A stretch of 58,608 nt of DNA, filler included, from Sphacelaria rigidula (GCA_964200075.2; 10 parts of 10 records of this genome joined end to end with filler, not necessarily neighbours in it); one strand, 5' to 3'; shown: positions 25,080 to 37,339, numbered from the whole stretch's first letter. Translations and numbers: made by a program. Notes: generated by a model not told the origin, from the sequence alone.

Positions 25080-26267
25080 GAGGGCGTGTCTTGTCACATT
25101 TTTCGATCGAAAACTTGCGGTGAAAAAGAAATTTTGGGATCTGATAGGTCCACCGCATTTTTGTTCCTTGATGGCTTCAACTGTTGTGGCGCGCGGGGAA
25201 GAAGTGAAAAAACATCAAGGGCGCGTCTTAGCTCATAAGTTTTCGATCGAAATTGTGCGGTGGAAAACAAAAATCCTCTTCTGATAGGTCGTGATTTCAA
25301 CCATCGTCGTTAATTTTGAAGATGGTTGAAATCACGACCTATCAGATCGGGGTTTTTTTGCTTTTCCACCGCACGTTTTCGATCGAAAAATGATGTGCTA
25401 AGGCCAACTCTTATCGGAGCGTTTGAAGTTTTATTTTGCAACAATTTCAGAGGAGTTTTTTTTCTTCTCTTTGTCATCATGGTGAACGGGCACAAAATAC
25501 ATGACTACGGCAAAGAAAAAAAAATCGCTTAAAAGTATTGCAAAATAAAATTCTAAACGCTCCCATAAAAGTTGGCCTATAAACACGGCGTAAGGGTGAG
25601 CTTTTCCGATCGAAAATATGTGGCCGAAAGGTGCGAGGGGGCACTTGACTTCTATCTTACAGACCACCACGCCAGATACGACCCGTCCACAGAACTATGC
25701 ACACTCCATGCAACGCATTCTCAGCTACCACCGCAACCCCGCAGCATAGAGCACGAATTGAGCGCAGGGGTAAATACACTGCAGTAGTTGGATATGCTTT
25801 GTTCATTTTTTGTTGGCGACAACTTGAGCATCTTCTTTCATAACAGGGATCAGCGAAGGAACTGCACGGCAGGGTGGGCAACCGAGTTTCGTACACGTTC
25901 GTGGACAGTGCAGACAGTACAAAGCTTCAAGTTGTCCACGTCATTTTCACGTCGCATCGTGAGCAGAGAGAACAGGTACTGTAGTCCTACGCTGTCTGCA
26001 CGGCACGTTGCCCGCTTCTCGTTCACATACCACCGTACGAAGCATACGCACAGGCACTCAAGACACGCTGCATGCAAACAGTGCAGACAGTCAGTACCAC
26101 AGACTGTCCACAGGCGACCATGTACCGTGTCACGAATTTTACTGTCATTTTTCGATCGAAAGCTCGAAAATTCGCTTCGACCCAACTCCATAAAAAGGAG
26201 CGAATATCGCTCCAATCAATTCCACCGCCCTTCTATTCGATCGACAGAAAAATGTAGACACGCCCTG
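25080..26267. mobile_element. Non-autonomous hAT-like element with TIR (C)AGGGCGTGTCT
   Basis: AGGGCGTGTCT at 25081 is inverted as AGACACGCCCTG at 26256-26267; repeated subterminal TTTTCGATCGAAAA palindromes; internal hairpin 25228-25401. Target duplication is weak (TGACtcct/TGACcatc). Confidence 0.55.
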
Positions 26268-27756
26268 TGACCATCTTTTATGGCAACAAATTTCGTTTCT
26301 ACTAGACCGGGACTCAAATTCGCGAACTCAAAATCGGGGGGACCGTTTCATGGTATCACAGATTTGTGAAACAGTTGTGTAGTCATTTTTTGGATTAGTG
26401 TGGTTTGGCATACTCGTGTATGAAGCCGAAGAGCAGTCAGGCGGTGAATAATCCTTCCAGTTCAGTGTCGTACCGTGGTACCCTAGGGTGATTACAGTAC
26501 AGGACACTCGATCATTACAGTACATGATAATGCCGTGTGGTAATATATGATGGCACAGTCGGTTTTGCGAGAACAGTGAACAGTGTGCGAGAAGAGTTCA
26601 GTAGTGTAGTGCCATACATCACCCTGCCAGTACAGCGACAGCAGACTAGGATAGTACAGTACCGTTCGTTACAGTGACACATATGGCAGCGTAGTGCAGT
26701 ATAAAATATTACCATCGCCACAGGGTACGGCGTCAACACTTATTATCCGCTTGTCACACCCCGTGCGGAGCTGCTTCAGCAGCTAGTGCGGGCAGGCACG
26801 CCCTGCGCTGTCACGAGACGGTCTTCTGCTGCGGTTACAAAAATATCAAACGCTTCGCACCCTACCATTGCACGTCAATGCACGTACGTCAACTCCTCAA
26901 AATCGGGGGGACCCCAGCTTTCCCCCGATTTTTCGCAAAAAATCGGGGAAAACCGTTCTAAAATCGTGACACCCCAATTTTTTCTACCCCGATTCCGCCC
27001 AGATCGGGGTCCATAAATGCGTTCCCTCATTTTTTCCCCTCGATCTGCAAAAATATCGAGATTGGTGACTGCCATAAACGATAGTCTGATGGCAAACAAA
27101 ACAAATCCGGTAAAAGTGTTTTCTAGGTCCTTCGTCCTTTTACGCCCTGAAAGAGAGGAAGGCGGAGTTTGACACCTTGAAATGACTTCTCTACTCGTTG
27201 AGACGGTTCTAGGACATACTCGCGTTTTTCGATAGCCGCAGTTTTGTTCTTCGCCAAACAAGTATTTTCGTCCAGAGACGGTCAAGTCCAGAGAAAAATC
27301 ACTGTTTTTTCTACCTTTGACCGTTCTTGACCGTTCTTGGACAAAAATGCAAGCTTAGGCAACAAAAAAAATGCGGCCAACGGAAAACGCGAAGATGTGC
27401 TGGAACCGAGTAGAACAAGTCGTTTAGGGTACTCGGTACAATATAACGATCTACGGGTATTGTATGGAATATGACTAAAGGAACGGGCAGCACACTCAGT
27501 GCTTGTGCCTGTCCTTTTCACTCTTGAGCGATCCTCTCTGGGGCTCTCCTCAAATATTAATACAAGGAATTGAGTCAACCTTATGTATATATATATGTAT
27601 ATATGTATATACATATATATATCGGCGCACCAGTGCTGTCTGGCGTGTTAACGTAGTGCACGCACCTGGTTTGACAAACGCAATAAATTAATTGTCGATA
27701 AGCTCTGCAGAACTCCAGGAGACGAGCGAATATGGCAGTCGGGGCCAACACGAAGC

Positions 27757-28283
27757 TGAAGAAATGCAGATGAAGATGACGGTATTGGCATTGAGAGCGA
27801 AACAAGCAGAGGATAAGAAGAAGAGAGCAGAAGAAGAGATAGAGGGGTATAAAAAAGAGCGAGAATATGTGGGGATGAACACGGTTTGCTTTGAGACCAG
27901 CGGGAGGAGAGGTATTGGGAGCGGATGCTGGAGGATCAGCGGGTGGAGTTGGAGGCTCTGCAATGCATATGAATCCGGCGGAAGGTCGGGAAGGTATAAA
28001 TCGAGATTTCCACCATATATGTTTTATGGTGGAAATCTCGATTTATACCTTCCCGACCTTCCGCCGGGTTCATATGCATTGCAGAGCCTCCCACTCCACC
28101 CGCTGGTCCTCCACCATCCGGTTCCATCACCGCTCCTGCCGCTGGTCCTCCAGCACCCGTTCTCATCCCCACATACTCTCGCTCTTTCTTATACCCCTCT
28201 ATCTCTTCTTCTGCTCTCTCCTTCTCCTCCTCTACTTCTTCCGCTCTCAGTGTCAATACCGCAATCTTCTTCTGCGTGTCTTT
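27757..28283. repeat. ~530-bp inverted duplication of a coiled-coil coding fragment
   Basis: Arms ~260 bp, 7-nt loop at 28018-28024; both arms translate to AEEEIEGYKKERE...EDQRVE.EALQCI*. Confidence 0.92.
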
Positions 28284-28481
28284 AACCGTCTTAATGGTAA
28301 TGACCCTATTCCATTGTGTCAAATTCCACCTTGCTCTCTTTCATAGCGTAAAATGACGAAATAGGACCCAAAAGGCACTTGTTTCACACGATTTTTCTGT
28401 TTACCGTCAGGAGCGGTCGAAGGTCTCAAACGTCGTTTTCCGCGGTACTTTACCGGTTACAGAACACCACATATCATACAG

Positions 28482-28823
28482 ATTAGCTCCCTGTAGCTCG
28501 AGCTGGCTCCTTTTTAGCGTAGCTCCCGAGTGAGCTATGAGAGCTACATGAGCTACGCATGTTTTCCCTGGATGAGCTGCGAGAGCTGAATGAGCTACAC
28601 ATGGTTGCCACACGTCAGCTACCAACCAGTAGCTCATCAGCTCAGATTCGCCCCGGGTGAGCTATGAGAGCTGCATGAGCTACGCATGTTTGTCGTGGGT
28701 GAGCTACCAACTCGTAGCTCATCAGATCATATTCGTCCTGGGTGGGCTATCGGACATAGCTCACATGTACATGTTTGACCACAAGTAAGCTACGGCCCGC
28801 AGATGAGCTAGCTCATGAGCTGT
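28482..28823. repeat. AGCT/GAGCT-dense repeat
   Basis: About 23 AGCT tetramers in ~340 bp (hand count), with a ~127-bp tandem sub-duplication (TGAGCTATGAGAGCT.CATGAGCTACGCATGTTT). Confidence 0.85.
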
Positions 28824-29106
28824 CCGACGTGTGCAAAATTCCGCCGCATGTTCGCGAGAATCGTCCGGCGAACATTTACGCTGTTTGGTATCAGACACCC
28901 AGTGTCAAGTATCTCGCACGCATTTGTTTTGGAAAATTAATCATTTTTTATTTTTATTTTCCCCTTTCGCCCGGGCCTATCCACACGGCATCCTGCACAA
29001 CAGTACTCGCTGGGCCAGCTGACAGTGATTTTGTAATGTTTCCGGGTCCGGCTGTGCGTATTTCGACAAGTTGGGCGCTGAAATTTTGCCACGAAATTTT
29101 TATAAT

Positions 29107-29255
29107 CAGGGCGTGTCCTAGCACTTTTTTTTTTTGATCGAAAAAGTGCGATCGAATATTTTTTCCCGATCTGATAGGTCCACCGCATTTGTGTTCCTCG
29201 AAGGCTTCAACTCAAAATTATAATTAGCGGCGCGCGGAGAAGAATGCAACGAGTG
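29107..29255 (+). mobile_element. Left end of a second hAT-like copy
   Basis: CAGGGCGTGTC...GATCTGATAGGTCCACCGCATTT...GGCTTCAACT...GGCGCGCGG matches 25080-25205. Confidence 0.7.
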
Positions 29256-29355
29256 NNNNNNNNNNNNNNNNNNNNNNNNNNNNNNNNNNNNNNNNNNNNT
29301 TAATTAATTAANNNNNNNNNNNNNNNNNNNNNNNNNNNNNNNNNNNNNNNNNNNN
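29256..29355. other. Artificial contig linker
   Basis: N44-TTAATTAATTAA-N44. Confidence 0.99.
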
Positions 29356-31121
29356 CCCGGTCATGTTTTTCTGCATTTTTGTCTCCCAAAAAAACAAATA
29401 TCTGGGGGAGCGCCCCGGCGGGCCCCCCCCCCCCCCCCCCCCCTCTTTTATATAGGGGTGGCGTCTTTGATCAAAAGTAGTATTCAGAACCCCCCAAAAC
29501 AGCAAGGCCAACAGAAGGCCACCTGAACGACTGGGCGCTATAATGATAGTCTGAGAACTGTTCCCTGCCATACGCGCGGGTCAAAAACCTCATTATCTAC
29601 GGATTCATAAAAAAACAAAGCGCTGGAACAATAGGTGGAGCACACAAATGATGGTTGCTGCTGACGACAGAAATGCGGAGGCAAAAATTGCTTGGCAGGC
29701 AGTCCGTCGATCTCGTTGTCCGAAGTCCCGCTACTATTATGGTATAGATACAAAAAAAATTTACGGGCTTCACTATTCCTCTTTGATTGTACTGCGTCGT
29801 ATCTCTTTATACCCAAGAGCAGTACGCAGTAGATGTTACCGTGTCGTGGAGTGAATCATCACAATATCGCGTGAAAAATGTGCTCACTTCTGTGCAGGAT
29901 GCATCCCAGCAACGACTCCCCAAAACCCCATTTGCCGAAATACCAACGTGCTACGTAATTTGCTGCGCACCCTCCAGTTTCTAGTCACGCATCAATGGCT
30001 CGCGAGAAGGTATCTTATGCTCTCAGCCCACGCGCGTTGTCAGGAGTGGAACTAATTCCGGTCAGCACACGATGAGAAACTTGCGTGGATCCCCCTCCCC
30101 CCCCGAATCGCATGAACCTGATGCTGCCTGCGCCTTGTGCGTTTGGTTGCATATCTACCCCCGCTTGTTAAAAGCTCATCTCGGCTTAGCGGCTGGTAAA
30201 TCAGGTGCATCCCAAACGCACGCGGATAATGGCTCGGTGGTGTATTGATGGTGCATCGTGAATGAAGGATAGGAGAGTTGCCCATGGCACGAGGGATGAT
30301 GTTGATAAGAGTTTAGGGGGGAAAATCAAAAGGAAGCAGCACATACACGTTTACCATCACGTCCTTTTTTTATTATTTTCCAGCCCAGCACACAGCTGCT
30401 GCTACATTGCTATATACTCCGAGTAGCTCACTACGAGGCGCGAAGCACCATCACTGTTACAGCACGGCGCCACTTCAAGGCTTCTGTCTATTGATCCTCT
30501 TGGTGGGTGTACGCTGCGAAGGGCGGCACTGACTAGGGCTGTACCACTTTTTTTGTACTTATCTGTACTATCCTACCGATGTGCATATGCGAATAACACG
30601 GGAAATGATCCAACCTTGAGTGGCGTTCTCAGCTTTTCCGCTTGGCGCGCCGGGCCGAGATTCCTGCATTTTGGCGAACGCGATGAGAACATTGAAAATG
30701 ATGTTGGCCATGACCATATCCAAAGTCAGCATTTTTTATATCGTCGGCGTAATGATGTTGTCTTCATTTCGACAAGTTTCTTCAACATGAACGTTGGAGA
30801 ATACTATTGCGCTACAAATCAGCGCTGTGCGGTGCAGTCGATGGCAAGTTCGCGTCTTGAGCGCATGATATTTCTCGGGGGTCATTTTCAAAAAATATGT
30901 TGGAAATTATTCATGGATTACCCGTGTTCGCCGTTTCCCCGTATTTTTTGGCTCGTTGTGCGCAGTAGAGTTCGTTGTTCGTGGTGCTTTTTACTTGGAC
31001 ATGACTGGTTCACCTTCCCCCCCATATTTGCCCCTGCTCTTTTCCCCCACCCCCCAACGACTGGTTCTTGCCTTTCCCCATAATCCCCCCCCCCCCCTAC
31101 ATTGAAACTGAACACAAACAG

Positions 31122-32569
31122 CAAGCAGCACCAGCGGAGGGTGCCCACGGGATGAGATCGCGCTTCCTGCCCGTCCTGCAGATGGATGATCAGGATTTTG
31201 CGCCTCGAATGGTGCAGGTGGCGGGTTCGCTGCGCGAAATCGGCGTGCAGGATATCATGGCTGTAGGCACGAGCCCGCCGGCCGAGTTGGGCATGTGGCA
31301 GTACGACTTCTCCGACCCAAATGGTCCTCAGGTGGGTGTGACAAGCGGTTGACTCATTGATTGGTTGTCTGGTTGATTCGATTGATTGTCGCACTTCAAC
31401 TGACCCTCCAGGGATCGAGTCGTGTGATGAATGATGAATGTATCCAACACAAGAACAAAACTGAAATTCATAGAGAGGAACACTTGATGTCTGAGCCAGT
31501 CTGTGGTTTCTGCGGGATTTTTTTCGGATTTTTTTCTTACAACCATACAGCTACAGCTACAGCCACAGGGAAAAGAAACAATCCCATCAACAGTCAGTCG
31601 AACAAAGGTCGTTTGTTTCTGGGTAGTAGTGGCCCGCTCCTGAGAAACTGAGAATTGGGCTCAGGCTGAGCTTATTTTTCTGACGCCAAGGTCCACATGT
31701 CGGACAGATCATGATCTGTGTGTAAATTGCTTCCTCTCAGTATAGTGATCCGGATCATTTGGGCCCCCGTTCCCGCGATTACTCCCGACGGCGCCGGATG
31801 CCGAGTAGCGTGAACTTTGCGCTTTGGCCTTTCCGACTCCGCGGTCGCATACTTTGCATTCTTGGGCCAACGGATATGAGAGTCTTCTTTTGATGGGCTG
31901 TTTCTGATGGATCATGATCTGTCCGACGTGCGAAAAAAGGTGGATCATGGCCTACTATGTTGGATTCAGAGTGCAGCAGTCGTCGCTGAGGCTTCACACT
32001 TTCTAGTTTATATTTTTTGGAAATCCCAGTCTGAATTTTTTACACCCTTGTTGATGCCGATTGTGCAGACAGATAGAACACACCTAGACGGTCAAGAGGT
32101 TGAAAAAATGTTATCATTTATACCTCGAAAAACAGAAGAAAGAGATGGCTCTTTCCTGTGTGTGTGTGTGTGTGTGTGTGTGTGGTCGATATGTTTTTTT
32201 GTTCAAATGATCAATCATAGATGGGATACGCTCGCGCTAGCGTGCCCGGTGTTGGTGTGGGTGTCGTAATATCGTCAGCCCCTCGTGTGGGTATGTGTGT
32301 CTGTCTTTGTCCGTCTCCGTCTGTCTGTCTGTCTGTCTCTGTGCTTTGACACTCCCATGACAGCATAATGCCAGGTAGGGGGGTAGAGAGTAGTCAAGTG
32401 ATCCAGGGTAGGGTCCGAACTATCGTACCGTTTTGCTGCTCCCGCGCTTGTACTCGAGCAGATGGGCACGGTTGCTGTGCCCGGCAGCGAGGTGTCCCAC
32501 AACATGGTAGAGCCGGTGGCGATAGTTACGCTCAACGAAGACCTCAACGTGAGCCTTCCGGAGGATGAG
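31122..32569 (+). CDS. Two internal exons (31122-31331, 32462-32569) of an unknown protein
   Basis: Canonical phase-0 splice sites; the spliced peptide ...GMWQYDFSDPNGPQ|MGTVAVPGSEVSHNMVEPVAIV... reads as continuous globular protein. Confidence 0.78.
31694..31932. mobile_element. Intronic MITE with 23-bp TIRs
   Basis: CACATGTCGGACAGATCATGATC versus GATCATGATCTGTCCGACGTGCG (21/23 inverted match); no target duplication seen. Confidence 0.6.
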
Positions 32570-33802
32570 GTGAGTCCCTCTTATGCGTCTCGTTCCCACG
32601 GCATGCTCGTCAGTGGTTGTGACAGTCAGAGATATCCTTCTCCGCTTCCATATTTTGCTCGTTTTTGTTTGTTTTTCAGCTCTACCTTGATCATTTCATT
32701 CTCATCATACCCTTGTGAACAAACAGTTCCCGTCAATCAATCTTTCGTGTTTCGAGTGTGCTCACGTGTGTAAATGGGGAAGCGATACCGTAGACTGTTG
32801 GTTCGTCTTTCCGTTATCACTGGTCGCAGACCCCATCTTTGTGGTCGCAAAATACTTGAAAAAGATGGCTGACACCTCTCTGTAGTCTTATTCGTACAAC
32901 AGTAGTAGTCGGAAGGTGCTCTCTTTCACGACGATTGCCATCTACACAGTTTTTGTGGGTGTATGCATATCGCGGTTCGGAAGTGTTGGTCCAATGCGCG
33001 GTACCAAAGTGTAAGGCGTGCACCGGGGGAGAGATGGGCTGATACCCTGAGACCACGTACTCGACTCGTCCAGAGAAAGGCGATGTTCGGTACTATCACT
33101 ATCTGACGCAAACAGATAGCTAGTGGAACGGCCTCTCTAAGACGATATATCCTTGGTGTACCGCAAGAGTGTGTGACAGTCGGTTTCCCTATATCAATCT
33201 CCTATTAATTTTACGTTCTAGCCCTCTTGGTCTACAGCTGTAGTCTGAATACTACTGCTGGGCACTCGGGATGAGCCTCTTTCTATTTGGGGAGGGGGTA
33301 CTACTAGGTGGGAAGGTGGGATTCGCGGCCTTGCGCCAACACCGTATCCATCAAACTCTTTTCTGCAATATTCTCTCTGAACCTTTTCTCTGAACCTTCT
33401 CCCTGAACCCAAACTACATAGCCATCTGGCTCGACTGAATCACAACGGCTACAGTACTGGTTCCCAAACCGTTCCTGTTGGTACTTCGTAGTTGACCGTA
33501 ATGGCTTCGGTTCCTGGACCATTCTTGCCGATGCCTCGTTCTGAATCGTACTGGCTCCTAATGTACCGTGTAGAGCATACCACTCAGACACCTATCTGTA
33601 CCGTAGTCCTATTTGGACAGAAGCAGCCGAAAAGATGCTGTCTACTGACGAGTGCCATCTTTCTCTCTCTCTCTCTCTTTATATATATATATACATATAT
33701 AAACAAGAGTTTCTGCGGCTTCGCCGCTACGATCAGTGGATCGACAGCCAAGGTACATGAGCACCGGTGATAGCTGTGTGCGTTGCGTAATGGTTCGGTA
33801 AT

Positions 33803-34180
33803 CGCACATACGCCCTGTACATCGTGTCAAAATTTCATCGAAAACGGCTTGAAATTGAACAGCACAAAGGCGTTTGAATTATTCGTAACTAGTCCACCTC
33901 CATATACGATAGTAACCGGTTGTCAACGGAATGACGCATATTTTTCGCTCTATTTTGGATCGTTTTCGATGAAATTGCGAGACGATGTACAGGACGTATG
34001 TGCGAACACAAAACCTTCTCCCCACTTTTTTTTTCTTTCCTCCGTGAGTTATTGGCGACGGCAGTTTTTCCGGAACAAAATTGTCAATAACTCACGAAGA
34101 AGAATAACAAAATCGGGGATGGAAGGTTTTGTCTGCGCACATACGTCCTGTACATCGTGTCGAAATTTCATCGAAAACTA
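33803..34180. repeat. Three alternating (+,-,+) copies of a ~45-60 bp motif, MITE-like
   Basis: CGCACATACGYCCTGTACATCGTGTCRAAATTTCATCGAAAAC at 33803 (+), ~33961-34004 (-), 34136 (+). Confidence 0.75.
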
Positions 34181-34394
34181 TCCAAATTTGAGCGAAGGAT
34201 ATGCGTTTCAACATTCCTAGTGGCTTCTTGGGCGGTCCAGCTCGTAGAGTTTGCACCTCAGGGGCCTTTCTGTGAATCGGCATCATTTTCACTCGTTTTC
34301 AAGCAAAAATTATTATTTATTATTATTTTTTAATGATGCTGATTCCCAAAAAGGCCGCTGCGTGCGAACCGCATGATTCTTCTGACAATCCGGT

Positions 34395-35075
34395 CCTCAA
34401 AGGGTTAATGATGGGAAATAATCTAACCCTGCGACCGCCACCATATATATTGCAGCATTTATTGAATCGTCAATGGTCCAGATGGCCTACCCTGGCGGTC
34501 GAAGGGTTAACCCTCAGACCGCGATGCGGGTAGTCCATCTGGATCACGCATACTTTCCCCAGTGAAATTGATTGTGATTCAGCAGGTGACCGGGTCGGTT
34601 ATCGGAATCAAGCATGCTTTTTCAGGTGAAATTGATCTCAAGTCAACAGAGGACCTACTCCCGCCGTCAGAGGATTAACCGCGTGACCGCGGCGGTTGTT
34701 CATCATGGGTCATATATACAGTCATACAAAGCGGTTCAGCAAGTAAGTGACTGAAATGGTGTGCAGAAGAAGTTATCGTCAACATGCGTGGCGTCGCGCA
34801 CCACCGCCGACCACGGTTATCTGACTACGGTCAAAGGGTTAACCCTCAGATCGCGATGCGGGTAGTCCATCTGGAATACACATACTTTCCCCAGTGAAAT
34901 TGATGCCAATTCAGCAGGTGATCAACCCTTGCGGTCAAGGGGTCAACCGTTTGACTGCAAGGATCGGTCATCGCAATCAATAATACATTTTCAGGTGAAG
35001 TTGATGCCAATTCAACGGATGACTAAATATCGCCGTGAAAGGGTTTAGCTGTTCAACCCTTAGACCGCGAGGTTA
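34395..35075. mobile_element. Head-to-tail chain of piggyBac-like mini-MITEs sharing TTAA sites
   Basis: AGGG-TTAA-CCCT junctions at 34507-34510 and 34839-34842; further TTAA-type ends near 34405 and 34675; TIR CCCT.NGACCGC / GCGGTCN.AGGG. Confidence 0.7.
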
Positions 35076-35126
35076 GTCTTCTGTTGAATCGGCATCAATT
35101 TCGAGTGAAAAAAAGTATGCATGATC

Positions 35127-35226
35127 NNNNNNNNNNNNNNNNNNNNNNNNNNNNNNNNNNNNNNNNNNNNTTAATTAATTAANNNNNNNNNNNNNNNNNN
35201 NNNNNNNNNNNNNNNNNNNNNNNNNN
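35127..35226. other. Artificial contig linker
   Basis: N44-TTAATTAATTAA-N44. Confidence 0.99.
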
Positions 35227-36309
35227 AACTTATTGTACTAAAACCAAGTAATTTCCTGACGAATCATTATTTGTCCTAACCGTGTAAGATTCCCGTCAGA
35301 TCACCGGCTTTCAGGGCTGTGACGGCCGCTTCGGACGATTCGACCGTCTTGGATGTAAACCGCGAAAACAAAACTCCTGTTCCGAAAAAAATATATATAT
35401 GATCCTACTCTCATGAACATATTGGTGGTGTCCGTGTGTCGCCGCGTGTTTGAATATTCGCCTCATATGTTGTCCCAACATTAACACATTTGCACGATGA
35501 TTTTCATTGAGCCGCTCACTCTCTGCGTATGGGCATACATCGTGTGTTTACCTTGATGTTTTTTCACACCATCGGCGGGTATTTCAGGCCCGTGCGTGCC
35601 TATGCGTCGCACTTCTTTAGTGCATGCGCCATTCTCCAGTGGCAGGAGTGATGTGCTTGTGTCTGTGTATCTGTGTGTACTTGGGTTTGCGCTGTCTGAG
35701 TTCATGAAGCCTGGGTTGTCCTTTCGAGCCCTCCTACGATAGAGTTTGGGGGGTGTTTTTGGAGGCTAGTTAACCGACGTTGGGCTAAAACTGTTCATGG
35801 TTAACATATGTTGGAAGTATCATCACCTCTAAAACCCTAACCCCAACCCAACGCATACCGAGAACCCTCGGGCAAGGGCGGTACATAGCATTCATTCCCT
35901 GGGCAAAAGTGCGGCCTTGGTAGACCCCAAATCGGCGCCTGTGGCGCCGATATCAACGAAAATGTGCTCTGCGCACGCGAGGAGTACACGGCACTGTCAG
36001 TCCTACGAATGGTCCGATTCCCGTTGTACACACTCAAATCAAGTAAGGTGTGAACCATCGACATTTGTAGCCCAACGACGGTTAACTCTACTGTATTTTT
36101 GAGTCATTTTTCCCCACGAAAATATCACTTCAACGTCGATGAAAGCAGCAACTTTTGTTCGAACACGCTTCGTACCAATAAAGTGCACTCCTTTATACAG
36201 CTTGACACGGGTTTCACCCACATACAAGCGCACCGCGGTTGCGTTAGGCCGTCTGACACACTGAAGAACCCCTATTTTTCGTGGAATCAAAACACCCTCC
36301 CCCTGTCGT

Positions 36310-36803
36310 GGGTTGGCAACCAAGCTGGAAAACACGCTACTCACTACGTAAGCAAGGCAACCAGGTTACTTGCTTGTTTTGAGTCGCTTGCGTTTTTTTT
36401 TTTGCGGTAACCATGATAGTGGTTGAGTTAGATCCTATCGTGTGGTGTGGAGAACTTCAACTCCGCGCAAAAAGGATGATCGTGCTACGTAGTGTTGGAA
36501 TGGTGGGACGCCCATGAGGCAGCGGGTCACCGGTGGCTGTCTCTGGGAGTGGCGATACCAGAGCACGAAGCGACTCATTGTAGGCTGTGATCCAAATGCA
36601 AGATAATCAGTAGGCTTCGGGCCGAACAATCTTAGCAGGATGCAGCTCACCCCTCATCCGACTCGCCGAACACACCACGGCGCTTCACGCTTGGTGATTG
36701 ACTGCGAGCCTGGTCCGGCGAACACTCGGCGCGCTCCGTCGCACCTTTGCAAGGATGCGTGGTCAATGGTCACATGACTATGGCATCCAAAATCATGAGT
36801 ACA
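36310..36803 (+). mobile_element. Poly(C)-tailed repeat family A, full-length 494-bp reference copy
   Basis: Runs GGGTTGGC...CATGAGTACA; flanked by a perfect 10-bp direct repeat CCCCTGTCGT (36300-36309, 36804-36813). Confidence 0.9.
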
Positions 36804-37244
36804 CCCCTGTCGTAAGATCACTCTTTCCGTGCCCCATTTCCCCCGTGCCTCGCTTCCCACACACACAACAGGGCCGATGCTGTAGCTCTCGTTGATTGCT
36901 GTCATGTGCGTGTTCAAGCTGACTTTTGTTTTTTACATTTTCTTTCATACGCAGAGAACTGATGAGTGGAATTTTGGGCTGAACTTGAGTCGGAGCGTTT
37001 TTTATCCGCACTGTCCGAAACGTTGGCGTGGCGATCGTAATATGTTGCGTGGTGGTAGTAGTGCGGAAATAAGCCGCCCCTATTGTTTGCAAGAACATCC
37101 CCTCACTTTAGGAATTCTGCCGCTACCCATGCCGCTTCGCCGTGCCACCCATATGTGGGGAACCGGATGTCGCACGCAGCACCCACCTTGCGCCTGTTTT
37201 TTTATTTTCGTCTGACTTTTACCCCTCGCGTGTCATACTCCCAG

Positions 37245-37339
37245 GCAGGAATCAAGGGCCCCGCGAACGTCGTGGGAGAGAGCTTCGGTGGCATGGTCGC
37301 ACAACGGTTTACTCTTGATTTCCCGGAGAAGGTTAATCG
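37245..37339 (+). CDS. Internal exon of an alpha/beta-hydrolase (nucleophile elbow)
   Basis: CTGAC branch motif, CCCAG| acceptor, |GTGAGT donor; AGIKGPANVVGESFGGMVAQRFTLDFPEKVN contains G-x-S-x-G followed by the typical A..F....PE.V helix. Confidence 0.85.

Noticed and set aside
36790..36807. Family A minus-strand start GGGGTGTACTCATG resembles a tRNA-Ala 5' end
   Set aside because: No convincing B-box at the expected distance, and the truncation pattern fits this being the 3' end of the plus-strand RNA.
36959..37050. Possible hammerhead ribozyme (CTGATGAG...CGAAAC...GTA)
   Set aside because: Stems I and II cannot be paired convincingly.
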